A DNA stretch of 64,000 bases, taken from NCBI RefSeq assembly GCF_009914755.1, contig NC_060926.1. One strand, written 5' to 3'. The translations under genes and the position numbers were made by a program. This document shows positions 1-12,703 of this stretch, one piece after another. Below the pieces are notes generated by a model. That model saw nothing but the letters and a program-made list of their open reading frames with translations. It was not told where the DNA came from and searched no databases. Within the stretch, counting starts at the first letter, position 1, and the number at the start of each line of letters is the position of its first letter. This DNA is from the human T2T-CHM13v2.0 reference genome, Homo sapiens.

Positions 1-197
1 TAAGCATAGATTTTGAGTTGTAGAATCTTACATTGTATATATCTGTATCCTCTAGTTTCTTGGAAAGTACCTGATAAATAAAAGAAACAAATGTTGACTA
101 CTTTTCTCTTCATTTCTCTATAGATTTTCTTACCATAAGCACTGTTCACACACTGTTGTTCAAGCTACTTTGAAGAAATAAGGTCTTCTGTAGGGAG

Positions 198-592
198 ATC
201 TATCTATCTACCTACCTACCTACACACACATATACATACATATGTGCACATATGTATGTATATGTGTATATGTATATGTATATATACATATGTATATGTA
301 TATGTATGTATATGTATATATACATATGTATATGTATATGTATGTATATGTATGTATATGTATATATACATATGTATATGTATGTATATGTATATGTATG
401 TATATGTATATATACATATGTATATGTATGTATATGTATATGTATGTATATGTATATATACATATGTATATGTATGTATATGTATATATACATATGTATA
501 TGTATGTATATGTATATATACATATGTATATGTATGTATATGTATATATACATATGTATATGTATGTATATGTATATGCATATATATATACA
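198..592. repeat. TA/TG-rich simple repeat with a 30-bp higher-order unit (CATATGTATATGTATGTATATGTATATATA)
   Basis: Exact 30-bp copies at 461-490, 491-520 and 521-550, a near copy at 551-580 and degenerate copies upstream. Preceded by short ATCT/ACCT/CA tracts. Explains the repetitive ORFs at 212-730. Confidence 0.95.
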
Positions 593-3208
593 TTGTTTAA
601 TAAAATGCCAGATATATATATCTTTCCCCACAGGAGAGTTTATATGTTTTATATAATATATACACATGCACACATGCTTTATATAACATATACAAATACA
701 TTATATGTAACATATACACATTATTTATAACATGTGTTTCACTAGAAATGACTCACAGAACCCCACATGACCATATTTCTCCTTTAATTTTAATCACCAT
801 CCCAAATCTTTCACTCATTTATTAACATGAGACTCATAGCCTAGACACTTTTTTTTCTATGTACTATGCAAAAGGGAAATAAGAGGAATAAAGGAAATAA
901 ATTAAGAGGGAAAGTCACATTTGATTAAGATTAGATATGAAAGCATAGAAAGGACAAAATTGTACAACATGAACACAAAAAGACAAAGAATAGTGATCAT
1001 TTGTAGAGACAGAAGACAAGAATATTTAGGTAAATAAATACTGATAAAGGTAGCTCATGCTATGATGAAACAATAGAGGAAAGAGGGAACAGAACCCACC
1101 CACCCCCATCACTATTAATCCAACAGCTGCAACTCATTTCAGACTTTAAGGGTGAAATAGGCAACAATAGATGGAAATGATGTAAAATTATTGTAGAGAA
1201 GTAGCTACCTTGTGGTAGGTATTATTCTTGGTATTTTCAGTAAAAGAAAAAAGAGGAAGAATTTGATAAAAGTGACTAGAGAGGTTTCCACATTCACAAT
1301 ACCTAAGATCTTTATTTCCTTTTCAGTTAATTTTAACTTCACATTTTAAAATTTAAGTGACATTTAACAGCATATTTTAATATTTATACATAAATTTAAT
1401 ATAACTCATCCTTTATGTGGTTGCTAAATCTATATTCTTGTTCTTCATTTAAAAAATGTAGAAAAAGGCATACAAACAATTGTATAATATGCTTTAAACA
1501 GATGCAGGCTAGGTCAACATGTTCCATATTTATAGGTCTAGCTACCCTTGATTATGGTGCATTCAGTTTCCTGGAGGAAAGGAAGGTAATTGATTATGTT
1601 ATCATTTAAATAAAATGCCAGTGAAAATAATTTAAAAACCAGTTTCACCACCCATATAATATTGTACATAAAAAGACAATCCAAGAAGAAATCAATATAC
1701 TTGAGTAAAAAGACAAATCTCAGTTTCCAGCAACCATATAAATAGCACCTATTGCAAGCTGCTTGCTATCATTAACTATAGTCCTATATACTTAGTAGTA
1801 GCCGAATGTGGAAGAAAGTATGCATACATAGGCTTAACTAATGGGAACATTTTTTTTCTCTTTTCTAAGGCAACATGACTTGTATGTTTCTTTCTAGCAG
1901 AGCCACATTTTTAAGGCAAATGAGTTTGAACCTCAGTATTGAAAGACATGTGAACTTTAAGAGGAGAGTAAAATATATTCTAATATAGAGTGGCGGGAAA
2001 AATAGCATAAGCATAAACCCTGGGGGAGAAATTAACACTGTTGAATAGGACTATGAGAATGTAATCTATTGTCACTAAACAAAAAATAGGATTAGAAAGG
2101 TGTTTGGTTTAGGAGAAGGAAAAGAAAAAATATAGTAGGAGTGCTTTAAGGAGAGTGACTGTGATAGATTTATGGAGCTAGATATAATTTTCCCATCTGT
2201 AAACACAAAGTTGATTGGCTATCATGAGCTAACACCTGTCAAATTCATTGAGCTTGTGCTAGAAGTCTCTACAAAACTTGCTTTAAAATTTAGCAAGCTT
2301 AAAGCTTTAGAATGTTAAATAATAAATGATTGAGGTTTTGTTCCTTATTTAAGCCATCAAACTAATGTACTCTGTTGAAATGGCATAGCGTCCAGTGACA
2401 TGATGCTGATTTTATCGTATCAAGACAAAAATAAACTATAACATTGTCACATGGCTGAGAATGGCTTGAGAACAATAACCACAGCGCTTGAGAAGACAAA
2501 GTAGTTTCATGACAAAAGCTAAAATCAGCACACTCTTCCAAGAGAATTGGTTTAAAAATCAACAAGACTATGTGTACATTGGGGAGAAAAAGTTGGGTTA
2601 CTAAACATGAGGTTTAGTGAATATGTTATAGGGAATGAAATATAGATTATTGTTAAAGTTTAACTTGTAAAGTCTTATGTATTTTAAATAGTGATGACTA
2701 AAGTCTAAGGAATAAATATTTGCTGCAACTAAACTTATCGAAACTTTCTCATGGGACTTTATGTACACATCTAAGAAAATACATACACATAAATTATATG
2801 TTTTTATGCATTAAATATCTCAATGGAATCAGAAAAAATCAGTTAGATTTGCATATATTCCCTTCAGGATGCAAAAATATGGACAGAATATTGAACATTC
2901 TCACTTGGTTTTCAGGCTGCTGTGGTAGCAGATAAATGGCTATAAACTTTAGAGGAATAATTACAACTAAATGGTTCCTAAGGAAATGGCACACTTGTTT
3001 AAATGTTTCTTCTCTATTGTAGCTATTTTGTGTTGTATATAAAATATCAACAATTGTGGGTTCTTGGAACAAATTCATAATTTGGGGAATTGAGTGGATT
3101 ATATTACTGATTTCTAATGGAATCATTTATATAATTATATATACACAAATAACCTTTGGGTATGAGATGAGTTGTTTCCTCTTTTCATATTAATTAGCAT
3201 GCATATTA

Positions 3209-3439
<231 letters not shown>

Positions 3440-3442
3440 TTA

Positions 3443-3863
3443 TATTGGAACAGGAATTAAAAGAAATTAATGTGTAAGCAAAAACTCAGTTGTATGTAAG
3501 AAAAACCAGTTCCCCTGAGGAAGAGAAAGAGCTGAAGTCCTTTAAAAATTGACTGCCTGTTTTTCTGTGGCTAGTGAGCCTCATCTCTCTCTAGCTGTGC
3601 AGCTGCAAGGTCACTAGACAGAGAATCTCAAGATATAAAACATGCTGTTCCTGGAAAAGTAAGAAAGAACGTAATGCATGTCTTCATTGAATAACTGTCT
3701 TTGTTTCTCGCTTCTGTAATACGCTTCCCCCTGCACAAATCTCCCCCTGCCCCACAAAATGCTTAAAAGGTAGCTTGACTCTTTGTTCGGGGCTCAGTTC
3801 TTTGTATGTTAATCCAACTGGGTCGGTGCTCGGTCTCTCTGATTCCTTAATTATCCCGCTGCA
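3443..3863 (+). mobile_element. Solo ERV LTR, probably ERV1 class (family not determined)
   Basis: About 420-bp block beginning near CAGGAATTAAAAGAAATTAA, with a TATA-like GCTTAAAAGG and ending ...CCCGCTGCA. Resembles primate ERV LTRs from memory. Confidence 0.65.
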
Positions 3864-5194
3864 ATATAGCTGAGGATCAGATAAGAACGTTAATCTTCCT
3901 CATCCATTTGATCTATCTGATCAAAATTATGAGTTGATAATGGACTAAAATTGATGTAGTTTATTGACCCAAGTAGAATATATTCTAATTATGTCCTATT
4001 TTTTCCATAATTCATGCAGTTTAACAGAAATGGCAATATATGTAATGCTTTGAGGTAAATACTTGCTTTGCTGAGATGATTAATTTGATAACCAGCTTGG
4101 GGGAAGCCCTGAGGGGTAAGCTCCGTTTTTACTCACTCTGCTGCTTCCTAATAACTAGTATTTGGAGTGTGGATGTGACATGCATAGCCTGAGTAGCTGT
4201 GAATAACTGTGGTCAGCACAGGTACAAACAGAGCTGTAGAACCAATGAAGTGGAGAGGATGGAAGAGGGGAAGGGACTGACTTATGAGGAGGGATTTGAG
4301 TCCAAATAGAAAATGAATTAGACATATACATTTAAGATGGATTTGGGTGTAATCTTTGTACCTCTCCTGTGTCAACCCAATATTTTTTCACTTAACCTCT
4401 ACATTACTTACTAGTGCATTAGAGTTGTTTCTCTTTATTTATAATCTACCAGATTCTGTCTCTATTGATTTTTACTTCATCTTTAAAATTCAATAAAATG
4501 AACACTAGAATTCCACATGGACATAGGTTGAGCTAGTTATTCATTGGAGGTTTGCCAAATTTGGATAACACGATTCTATTTTCATATAATTTGTAATGTT
4601 TATTGTTTCTACTTTTATCCAAACCTAATTCTGTTATCTCCCCTGTAGCAGGTTTGATAGGTGTCATACAATATTTTTTACCTAATTGTGTATGTTTAAC
4701 TAATTGTAATTAGTGTGCCCTCTTCAATCTGTGGACTTGTTCTCCTCAGACTCTAACATTTTTTTGTGAGCAGAAAGAGCTTTGTTTTTTAAAAAAATGT
4801 TCTCTATTCATTATGAGCAATTGTTTTTTGTTGTTTATAGGCTAGCAGTTTATTATTTCATTTTTAAAGCATGTTTACTGCATTACATTAGACACTAAAG
4901 ATACAAATGTAAACAAGTTTTAGCTCCAATTTTGACAACACAGGAGTATAACCAGAAAGTATTTGGATTAGTCAAGTCCTTTTGAATTGCATGTGACCAA
5001 AATTCTAATCTCATAGAGGCTCAAGGATCCACTAATTCATATATTCATGAACCTAATATGTTAATCCTACTTAGAGAAAAACAAAAGTCAAAAGACAGGC
5101 ATTCCATGGATTCCAGGAATTCTGGGCATGTGTGACTGCTGGAAGAGCTGAGAGGATTGATGTGAAAGACATCTCCAATGAAGATCAGGGAATT

Positions 5195-5830
5195 CATGAG
5201 TCAGGTTTGGTCAAAGAAGCAGAATCACTAGAAATGATATGGAATTTAATATCCCTATTATAGGATTTTGGCCTTACACAGTGTGGGAATTGGTTAACAA
5301 GTTTATGTCCAACTATTGTTTCTCTGTCAGGTGCTAGCCTGAAGTCAGAAAGGCAGACAGTGAAGAAGGAAAGGTAAATGCGGAGTGGAAGAAAGCAAGG
5401 ACAAATTAAAATCCATGAGGACAAACTGTAACCTATGAGAATGAGCTGAAACACATTTGAGCATCTCATGATGTCTAACCTCACCTTCTGTGATATGACC
5501 AACCTGAAATCAAAGGTGGTCACCTAAACGTGCATCTGTCTTGGGAGTCAGAAAAGCTAAAGAAGGAGATACTGAAGAAGATGGAGGAGGTATAGACTGT
5601 GCTCTGCTTCATGCCCACAAAGTAGAAAGAAGGATCCATCACAATGCAAGTTTAAACAGTGCCTAAACCAACATTGATATAGTATCCATTACTGTGGAAG
5701 CTGCTTCACTTTCACCTACAAGTCTCCCTGAATTTCTCGAGGTCAATCTCATCCCAGAAGCAAATAAGAGAGAAAATTCTGTGAAACATAGTTCCAGATT
5801 AGCTGACACAGAATCAAGTCATCAAAGGGA
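5195..5830. mobile_element. Degenerate ancient LTR-like element
   Basis: GAGTCAGGTTTGGTCAAAGAAGCAGAATCACTAG start and repeated GGACAAA(T/C)T motifs reminiscent of old ERVL-type LTRs. Family not identified. Confidence 0.4.
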
Positions 5831-6199
5831 AACTGTATAAATGTCACTAAAGACCTCACCTTGAAGCACTGAAGCAGGTCATTCTCAAAATTTCACAGCA
5901 AAGCTGCTATAATTCTCAGGACTCTCTGAGAAACTCCTATCAAAACTCTGCAGAAGCAAAGTGAGTGGTTCTCAGAAGCTCAGTGGGAAGCCACTGAATC
6001 TTATGTCTGCCCCACACATCAAACTGTACCTGTGCTAAGAGAATAATGGCTATTCCTTCTCTTCTACCTTCTAAATTTCTTGAGTGTCGCTTACTGGAAC
6101 AACTCAAAGCCAGAACCATTACAGGGAGGAGAGTCGGGGAAATAAATTCCTGGCTCGTCTCTTGCAATGGTGAAACACATTAAAAGAGGAAATCCTTCA

Positions 6200-7060
6200 G
6201 ATGCTAAATTACCAAGTGTCAATCCAGACAATATAAGTATTCAGTGAGCGTTCCTACATAGGAAAGGATATAACATGTCCTTGGAAGATCAGGAAACTGG
6301 TAACAGAAAAGATGATATTTGAGAAGACTCTTAAGGAAAAATAAAAATATATTCAAGCAGCGAATGCAATGATATGAAGGCTGGGAAAGGAGGGTGGAGA
6401 AGGCAGAGCTTAAGCAAAGGCACATATGGATGGGAACACGTGGCATATACCAAGAACTATAGTCATTGAAGATAACTACAGTTCAGGGTACATGAGGAAT
6501 GAATGGAGAGGAGTCTAGAAAGGCAGGAAAAGAAGGCTTAAAGGCAATGGGTGTAGTTTATGAGAGAATAATGTGGTTAAATGTGTCCTTTAATCAACCA
6601 GTAATAGGCAGCAATGAGGGACTCAGAGTACAAGACTGGCAACAGAAATTGCAACTAAATACCAATTTCAGAATATTTAAGTGAGAAATGATAGAAAATG
6701 ACTTAAAACTTGATAATTGGAGTAAAACTATGAAATATGATTGAGAAACAACAAAATGACCAAATTAACAAATGTGATAAGGTGAAGAGGCCTCATAGGG
6801 TCACGGCATAGAAAGCTGTCTACTGCAGTAGAGAAGACAGGAGAACTAGACAAATTCAGAGGGAAAGTATGAGTTTGGTTTAAAACACATTACAGTTAGT
6901 ATTCTGTAAAATGTTTACATTATGCTGTTTAACGTACAATTGTAGATATGAGTGTTCAACTCATTCATGGAAGAAGCCTGGGTGAAAACAGGTATTTGTG
7001 AGTTATTGAAACATAGTTGAGATTCAGACTTGGATGAATGTTTGTTGAATAAACACACCA
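6200..7060 (-). mobile_element. L2 fragments
   Basis: Purine-rich degenerate matches to antisense L2, e.g. ATGAGTTTGGTTTAAAACAC and TAGATATGAGTG...GGTATTTGTGAGTTATTG. Confidence 0.55.
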
Positions 7061-7232
7061 AGTCATGAGAAAAACACTTCTTATTAAGTAGTTAAGCACT
7101 CAGCACTATGCCTCAATTGTGAACTTTTAAAAAAGTGAATAAAAAAGTGTTCCTGCTCAGAAAGCAACAAGTAGACATCTATGTGTGTGTGTGTATATGT
7201 GCAATTCAGATTTTAAACTTAAGGAGAACATT

Positions 7233-7537
7233 CAGCACTCCACATCTGTGGGCTCTGCATCTATGAGTTCAACAATCATGGATCAAAAATATTTGGAAAA
7301 AAATACAAAGTAAAAATATAACAAAAATAATACAAATTTTAAAAATGCAATATAACAACTTTACACAGCAATTGTGTTAAGTATTATAAGTAATCTAGAG
7401 ATGATTTAAGCTGTACGAGAGGATGTGTGTGGGTTGGATGCAAACACCTTGTCATTTTATATAAGAGACTTAGGCATCCTTGGATTTTCATATCTGTGGG
7501 AGGTGCTGACACCAATACCCCATGGATGATGATGGTA
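7233..7537. mobile_element. MER2 (TcMar-Tigger non-autonomous DNA transposon)
   Basis: Diagnostic GTATTATAAGTAATCTAGAGATGATTTAA...GGATGTGTG...CATTTTATATAAGAGACTT core and CATCTGTGGG...GGATCAAAAATATTTGG left end. Confidence 0.85.
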
Positions 7538-7691
7538 TAAGAAATCCACTCATAAGCAACTGAATAAGGTAAAACAGTGCAGATATTACATGTAGATGAT
7601 TTGTTAGACTCTCCATGACAAACCTCATTAGCTTTATAATTTTCAGCTTCAGGGTCTTTACCTGTGTAGTGCTGTGGGTAAAAGAAATTTA

Positions 7692-8096
<405 letters not shown>

Positions 8097-8574
8097 CTAT
8101 TTATAGTCTAAACATTTAGATGTTCAGTCATCTAAATGATTATAAGTATCCTGCAGTAGTTTAGTCCAGACATCCAAACAATTGACTTTATGTTACAGTT
8201 TTCATGCAGATTTTAAAGTGAAGACAACACTTAACGACACTAAATAAGCATATATTTTGTCCATACTTAATTTGTCCATTATTCCTGGTAATACAATACT
8301 TACTATTCAGTGGGGGAAAAGAGCAGTAGAGTTTTTATATTATGATGGTAAACAAATGAACAAAAAGGGCTGCTTTTCAGAATCTTCTGTCTTGAAGCAC
8401 TGCTTAATTTGTACACACTTCAGCTTTTCCCCAAGCTCTTAACCGCTGATGATAAATACCAGGGGAAATAAATACACATGATATACACAAAGATAGAATC
8501 ATTCATATCCTCTAACTCCTTAAGAGTTATTGAGTGCCATACATTCCTCCTTCATGGTCTGCCTTCAGTGTTAA

Positions 8575-8977
8575 AAAAAAGTTTATAACTTGTAAATTGA
8601 TAATCATAGTTTTATGTTTTTATGGGGTCAAAGTGATGTTATAACTTATGAATACAATGTGGAAATAATTAATTCAAGCTAATTAACATTTCCGTCACCT
8701 CAAATACTTTTTTTGTAGTAAAAACAAGTTTTTTTCTTAGCAATTTTGAAATATATGTTATTTTCTATATTCACCATGCTGTGCAATATATCTAAAAGAA
8801 AAAAAAAAACCCTTATTCTTGTTGTCTAATTGAGACTTTGTTTTCTTTTACCATCATCTCCTCATCCCTTCTACTCCCCTGAGCCCAGCCTCTGGTAACC
8901 ACCATTCTACTGTCTACTTCCTTGAGTTTGATTGATTGTTCTAAATCTCACAAACGTAAGTGAGAACATGAGGTATT
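8575..8977 (-). mobile_element. L1MA-type 3' end fragment
   Basis: TCAAGCTAATTAACAT...TCACCTCAAATACT and CCTCTGGTAACCACCATTCTACT...GTAAGTGAGAACATG match antisense L1MA 3' UTR. Confidence 0.85.
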
Positions 8978-8989
8978 CATGTTCTCAGC

Positions 8990-9770
8990 TTGCTACTGGG
9001 ATTTTATGGCAAGTAAAGCAGACATGGACTCTGATATGGTTTGGCTCCATGTCCCTACCAAAATCTCACCTTGAATTGTAATCTCCATAATCCCCATGTG
9101 TCAAGGGCAGGACCAGGTGGAGGTAATTGAATCATAGGGGTAGTTTCCCCCATGCTGTTCTCATAATAGTGAGTTCTTACCAGATCTGATGGTTTTATAA
9201 GGGGCTCTTTCCCCTTCACTTGGCACTTCTCTCTCCCGCTGCCTTGTGAAGAAGGATATGTCAGCTTCCTGAGGCCTCCTGAGCTACATGGAACTGTGAA
9301 TCAATTAAACCTCTTTCCTTTATAAATTACCCAATCTTGGGTGGTTCTTTATAGCAGTGTGAGAATGGACTAATACAGGCTCTGATCACATGCAGCATGC
9401 ATTCTTATAGGTGAGAAACACATTAATCAGATAATAACAAAAATATATCTTTATAAACTGTGATACATACTATAAAGGAAAAATAGAGTGTCATAAGAGT
9501 TATAATGAGATATAGCCAAATGTGGGGATTAGAAAATATTTTCATGATGAAACAATGCTTGAATTAAAGAGTTGAAGGATATTTAGGAAAAAAAGAAGAA
9601 AGCTTAAGAGCAAGGAGAAAAATATTCCCAGAAGGGCCTTGAGGCTATATGACATGCAAGGAACTGAAGGAAAGAGTGTGAGAGAGTTTCTGAAAGCAAG
9701 GAGGCTCTGGGTGAGATGAGGCTGAGAATTAAGAAGTGACCAAACCCTTCAGGGCTATGTAACTTTTGTT
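8990..9770 (-). mobile_element. L2 fragment interrupted by the THE1 LTR
   Basis: L2-like AAGTAAAGCAGACATGG before the LTR continues afterwards as ...AAACTGTGATACATACTATAAAGGAAAAATAGAG and GAGATGAGGCTGAGA. Confidence 0.6.
9032..9377 (+). mobile_element. THE1 (C/D-like) MaLR solo LTR
   Basis: TGATATGGTTTGGCT...GAGAATGGACTAATACA termini, GGAACTGTGAATCAATTAAACCTCTTTCC motif, and a 5-bp TSD with one mismatch (GACTC/GGCTC). Confidence 0.95.
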
Positions 9771-9847
9771 ATGGGCAAAGTTACCCAAGCAAACTCTGTG
9801 CCATCTCTTTCCACAGTAGAGACGTTAAACCATTATCAAAAGTGGCT

Positions 9848-10043
9848 GTAGTTCTCAACCCTTAAGTTGCATCAGAACCATCTGCAGGAATTAAAGTACA
9901 AATTTAGAAACACAAATTTCTGGTCCATATATGCAGAGTTTTTGATTCAGTAGGTTTGGGTTGGGGCCCAATAATTTGCATTTCTAACAAGATCCTAGAG
10001 TACGCTGATGTTGCTGGTCCGGGGCTCACACTTGGTGTCACTC
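9848..10043 (-). mobile_element. MER5A (hAT-Charlie)
   Basis: TGATTCAGTAGGTTTGGG...AATTTGCATTTCTAACAAG...GCTGATGTTGCTGGTCCGGGG...CACACTT. Confidence 0.85.
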
Positions 10044-11211
10044 TTAGGTAATCTGACTAAGCCAACATTTCTATTTTGTATACTTGTATCATGAAAGGAT
10101 AAATGCATAATTGGTGACATGTTCTTGATTCTCTTCACCATGACAGTACTTTTCATACTCAAGCAACTCAAGCACTCTAGATTGGGAATCAACAGACATG
10201 CCACTAATTATATATTTGCTCTCAATCTATGTAAGATGGAGTTTCCTTATCTCTTCAGTGTTTTCCCTAAACTTGTTTACTCAGAGCAATTGATTTGATC
10301 CTATAAACACCTCTGGGAGTTAGGTAGACCTGAAATTATTATACCTTTCTGCTAACGATTTAACCATCATTAAATGGCTTCTCCACAGACACCCAATTAA
10401 AATGGGGCTGAAACCAGAGCTTCATTTAAATCTCTTCATTCCCCATGCTTTACCCTTTCAATTATGCAGCATTTAAATTAACATTATGTTTTCTTCCAAC
10501 AGTAACATTTACTGTTTCTATTAAGTGCCTGATAAATTGTCTTAATAGTCATAACCCTACACTATTAACAGGAAATTAAAACTCAAGTGGTTTGTTATCC
10601 TGTCATTATTCTGAAATGTAAGTCAAGTTTGTATCACTTGATATCCTCGGCAAATGACTTTAATGGGTTCCCTTTAACACAGGGACTAGAATCTTTCGTA
10701 TACCCAAATATAATTTTACAGGGAAAAAAACCTGGGGGAAAACAAACAATACGGTAATTTATTCAAAAGATAGCAGTAGGGGTAATTATTAAAGCATCTA
10801 TTTCATCAAGGATAGAAATTTGAATTGGAGAAATGTACGTGTTTGGGTGTGTGGGAAGGGGATGAATTACTAAATCCTATCTTAGTAGGTTTATTTCTGT
10901 GTGTGGTTTTTTTTTTTTGGAAAGTAATTGACATCAAACATTCTCCCATCTGTATAGCAAAACATACTATTACCTCATTTCTTATTTGAATGTAATAATT
11001 GATAAAGATTATTTGCTTCATATTTGTTCATGTTCTCTCATATGGACTTATAACTGATGAGACACTAATCTCTAGCTGCTTTTCACAGTATTGCCATTCA
11101 TATTTTGCAGTTTTCTTACAAAATTTGTGTATAATTTACAGTTTTTAAATAATTGTTTTCACAGTGGATAATGGGGTAAAATATTTTATTTGGAAATTTG
11201 TAGATATGCTT

Positions 11212-11650
11212 CATTTTTTTATTCATTCACTTACTGCATCACTGAAGCAAAGTTCTAGGTATTAGAGATACTTAACAAAGCAGATTAAATAATTCATGTT
11301 GTCTAAGAATTACATCCCAGTAGAAAAAATGAGACCTGATAGATAATTAGTTGACAGTAAAGTCTATGAAGAAAAATAAAACTCAGAGTTCAGAGAGAGT
11401 TGGAAAAGTTGTTTTCACTTTAAATAAGGTAATGAGGTAATATTCACAGAGAAAGTGAGTTTTAAATGAAGGCCTGAGTAACATGAGAGTGTGGGCCCTG
11501 CAGCTGGTTATCTGGGCGAACAACACTGCAGGAAGAAAACAGAAAGTGCAAAGCAGAGGTGTGCTATTTTGGGGAGACAGCAAAAGCCATGTGCAGGAAG
11601 CTGAAGAGCAGAGCAGATGGGGATGAGACTCGAGAGTGGGAGCGGAATTG
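11212..11650 (-). mobile_element. L2 3' region
   Basis: ATTCATTCA end, GTTCTAGGTATTAGAGATAC and AGAAAGTGCAAAG...GAGG motifs. Confidence 0.65.
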
Positions 11651-12577
11651 TTTAGCGCTTCATTTGAAAGTTAACATTGTGGAGAGAATACAAAAAAAAT
11701 ACCACAGATGATTTCAAACTATACAAGTCAGGTATTATGGGGCTACACCCACCAGACTTGCCATATTTGTGAATCCTTGAGAAAACTTTGAGCTGTGCCT
11801 CAAAAGTATTTAAACCAAAGAGCTGTGTCTCTGAAGTATTTAAAGTATTATGACATTTAAAGCGCACAGCTACATGGCGAAGCAGTAACACGTGAAAGAT
11901 GCTCCTCCTCTACCCTTCAACTTCTAGAAACAGCTGCTAGGTCAGCAGTGGCATAATGTGCCCAAGGTGGTGGCTTTCCCACACCAGTGCCACCGTGAAG
12001 GGGCTCTCTGCTGGACGGATTCAAATATCCCATTTCTTGCTGAACAATCTTGGATTCAGTAAAACTTTAGGGCCCTTTAATATAGGGAGTTAGAATAAAA
12101 AAAATAAAATTTTTCCAACAGGATTGAAATGGAACGTGAGATTTGAAACCACATGGTAAAGGAATAGAACATATTAATTACATATAATCATTTATGTTTG
12201 TATTTATGCATCTATATCTTTTCTATCTATAAACCTGAAACTCTGGGAGGCACAAAACAAGGGAACACGAACTTTTGCTTCTGTATTTCCATACAGCACA
12301 ATCCCAGGCATGGAATAAATGTGCTGTGCTAAAATGATAAATAAGGATATCTAGTTATAGATGCATATTCATGCCAATGTTGCCTAATGGCACAAAAATT
12401 TTGAATGATGATCGGGTTCAGGGTTCTTGGAAGTCACATTTTTGCTCTTACAGCTGCACAGTTTCATTACTTTACAGCCATTATTTGTCCCTCCCTGCAG
12501 TTTTTCATTTAGCAATGTTAATTTCATCTTGTACCTTCATACCAGTCTTCAGGGCTAACAGGGTCAATGCGTATATA

Positions 12578-12703
12578 CCTCTGCTGTTCAAGGTATGGTC
12601 CATGGACCGATAGCATCTGCATTGCCTGGGAATTTGTCAGGAATGAAATTCTCACCCCGAATTTTAGACCTAATGAGTCACACCCATCAGTCTGAGAACT
12701 GCT
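12578..12703 (+). mobile_element. MER5A-like fragment
   Basis: TCAAGGTATGGTCCATGGACC...AGCATCTGCATTGCCTGGGAATTTGTCAGGAATGAAATTCTCA...TGAGAACTGCT. Confidence 0.8.

Noticed and set aside
233-592. CRISPR-like periodic array
   Set aside because: Head-to-tail low-complexity units with no unique spacers, in a eukaryotic context.
212-730. Six overlapping ORFs up to 162 aa
   Set aside because: Translations of the TA/TG tandem repeat (YIHIHT, MYMYV repeats), not genes.
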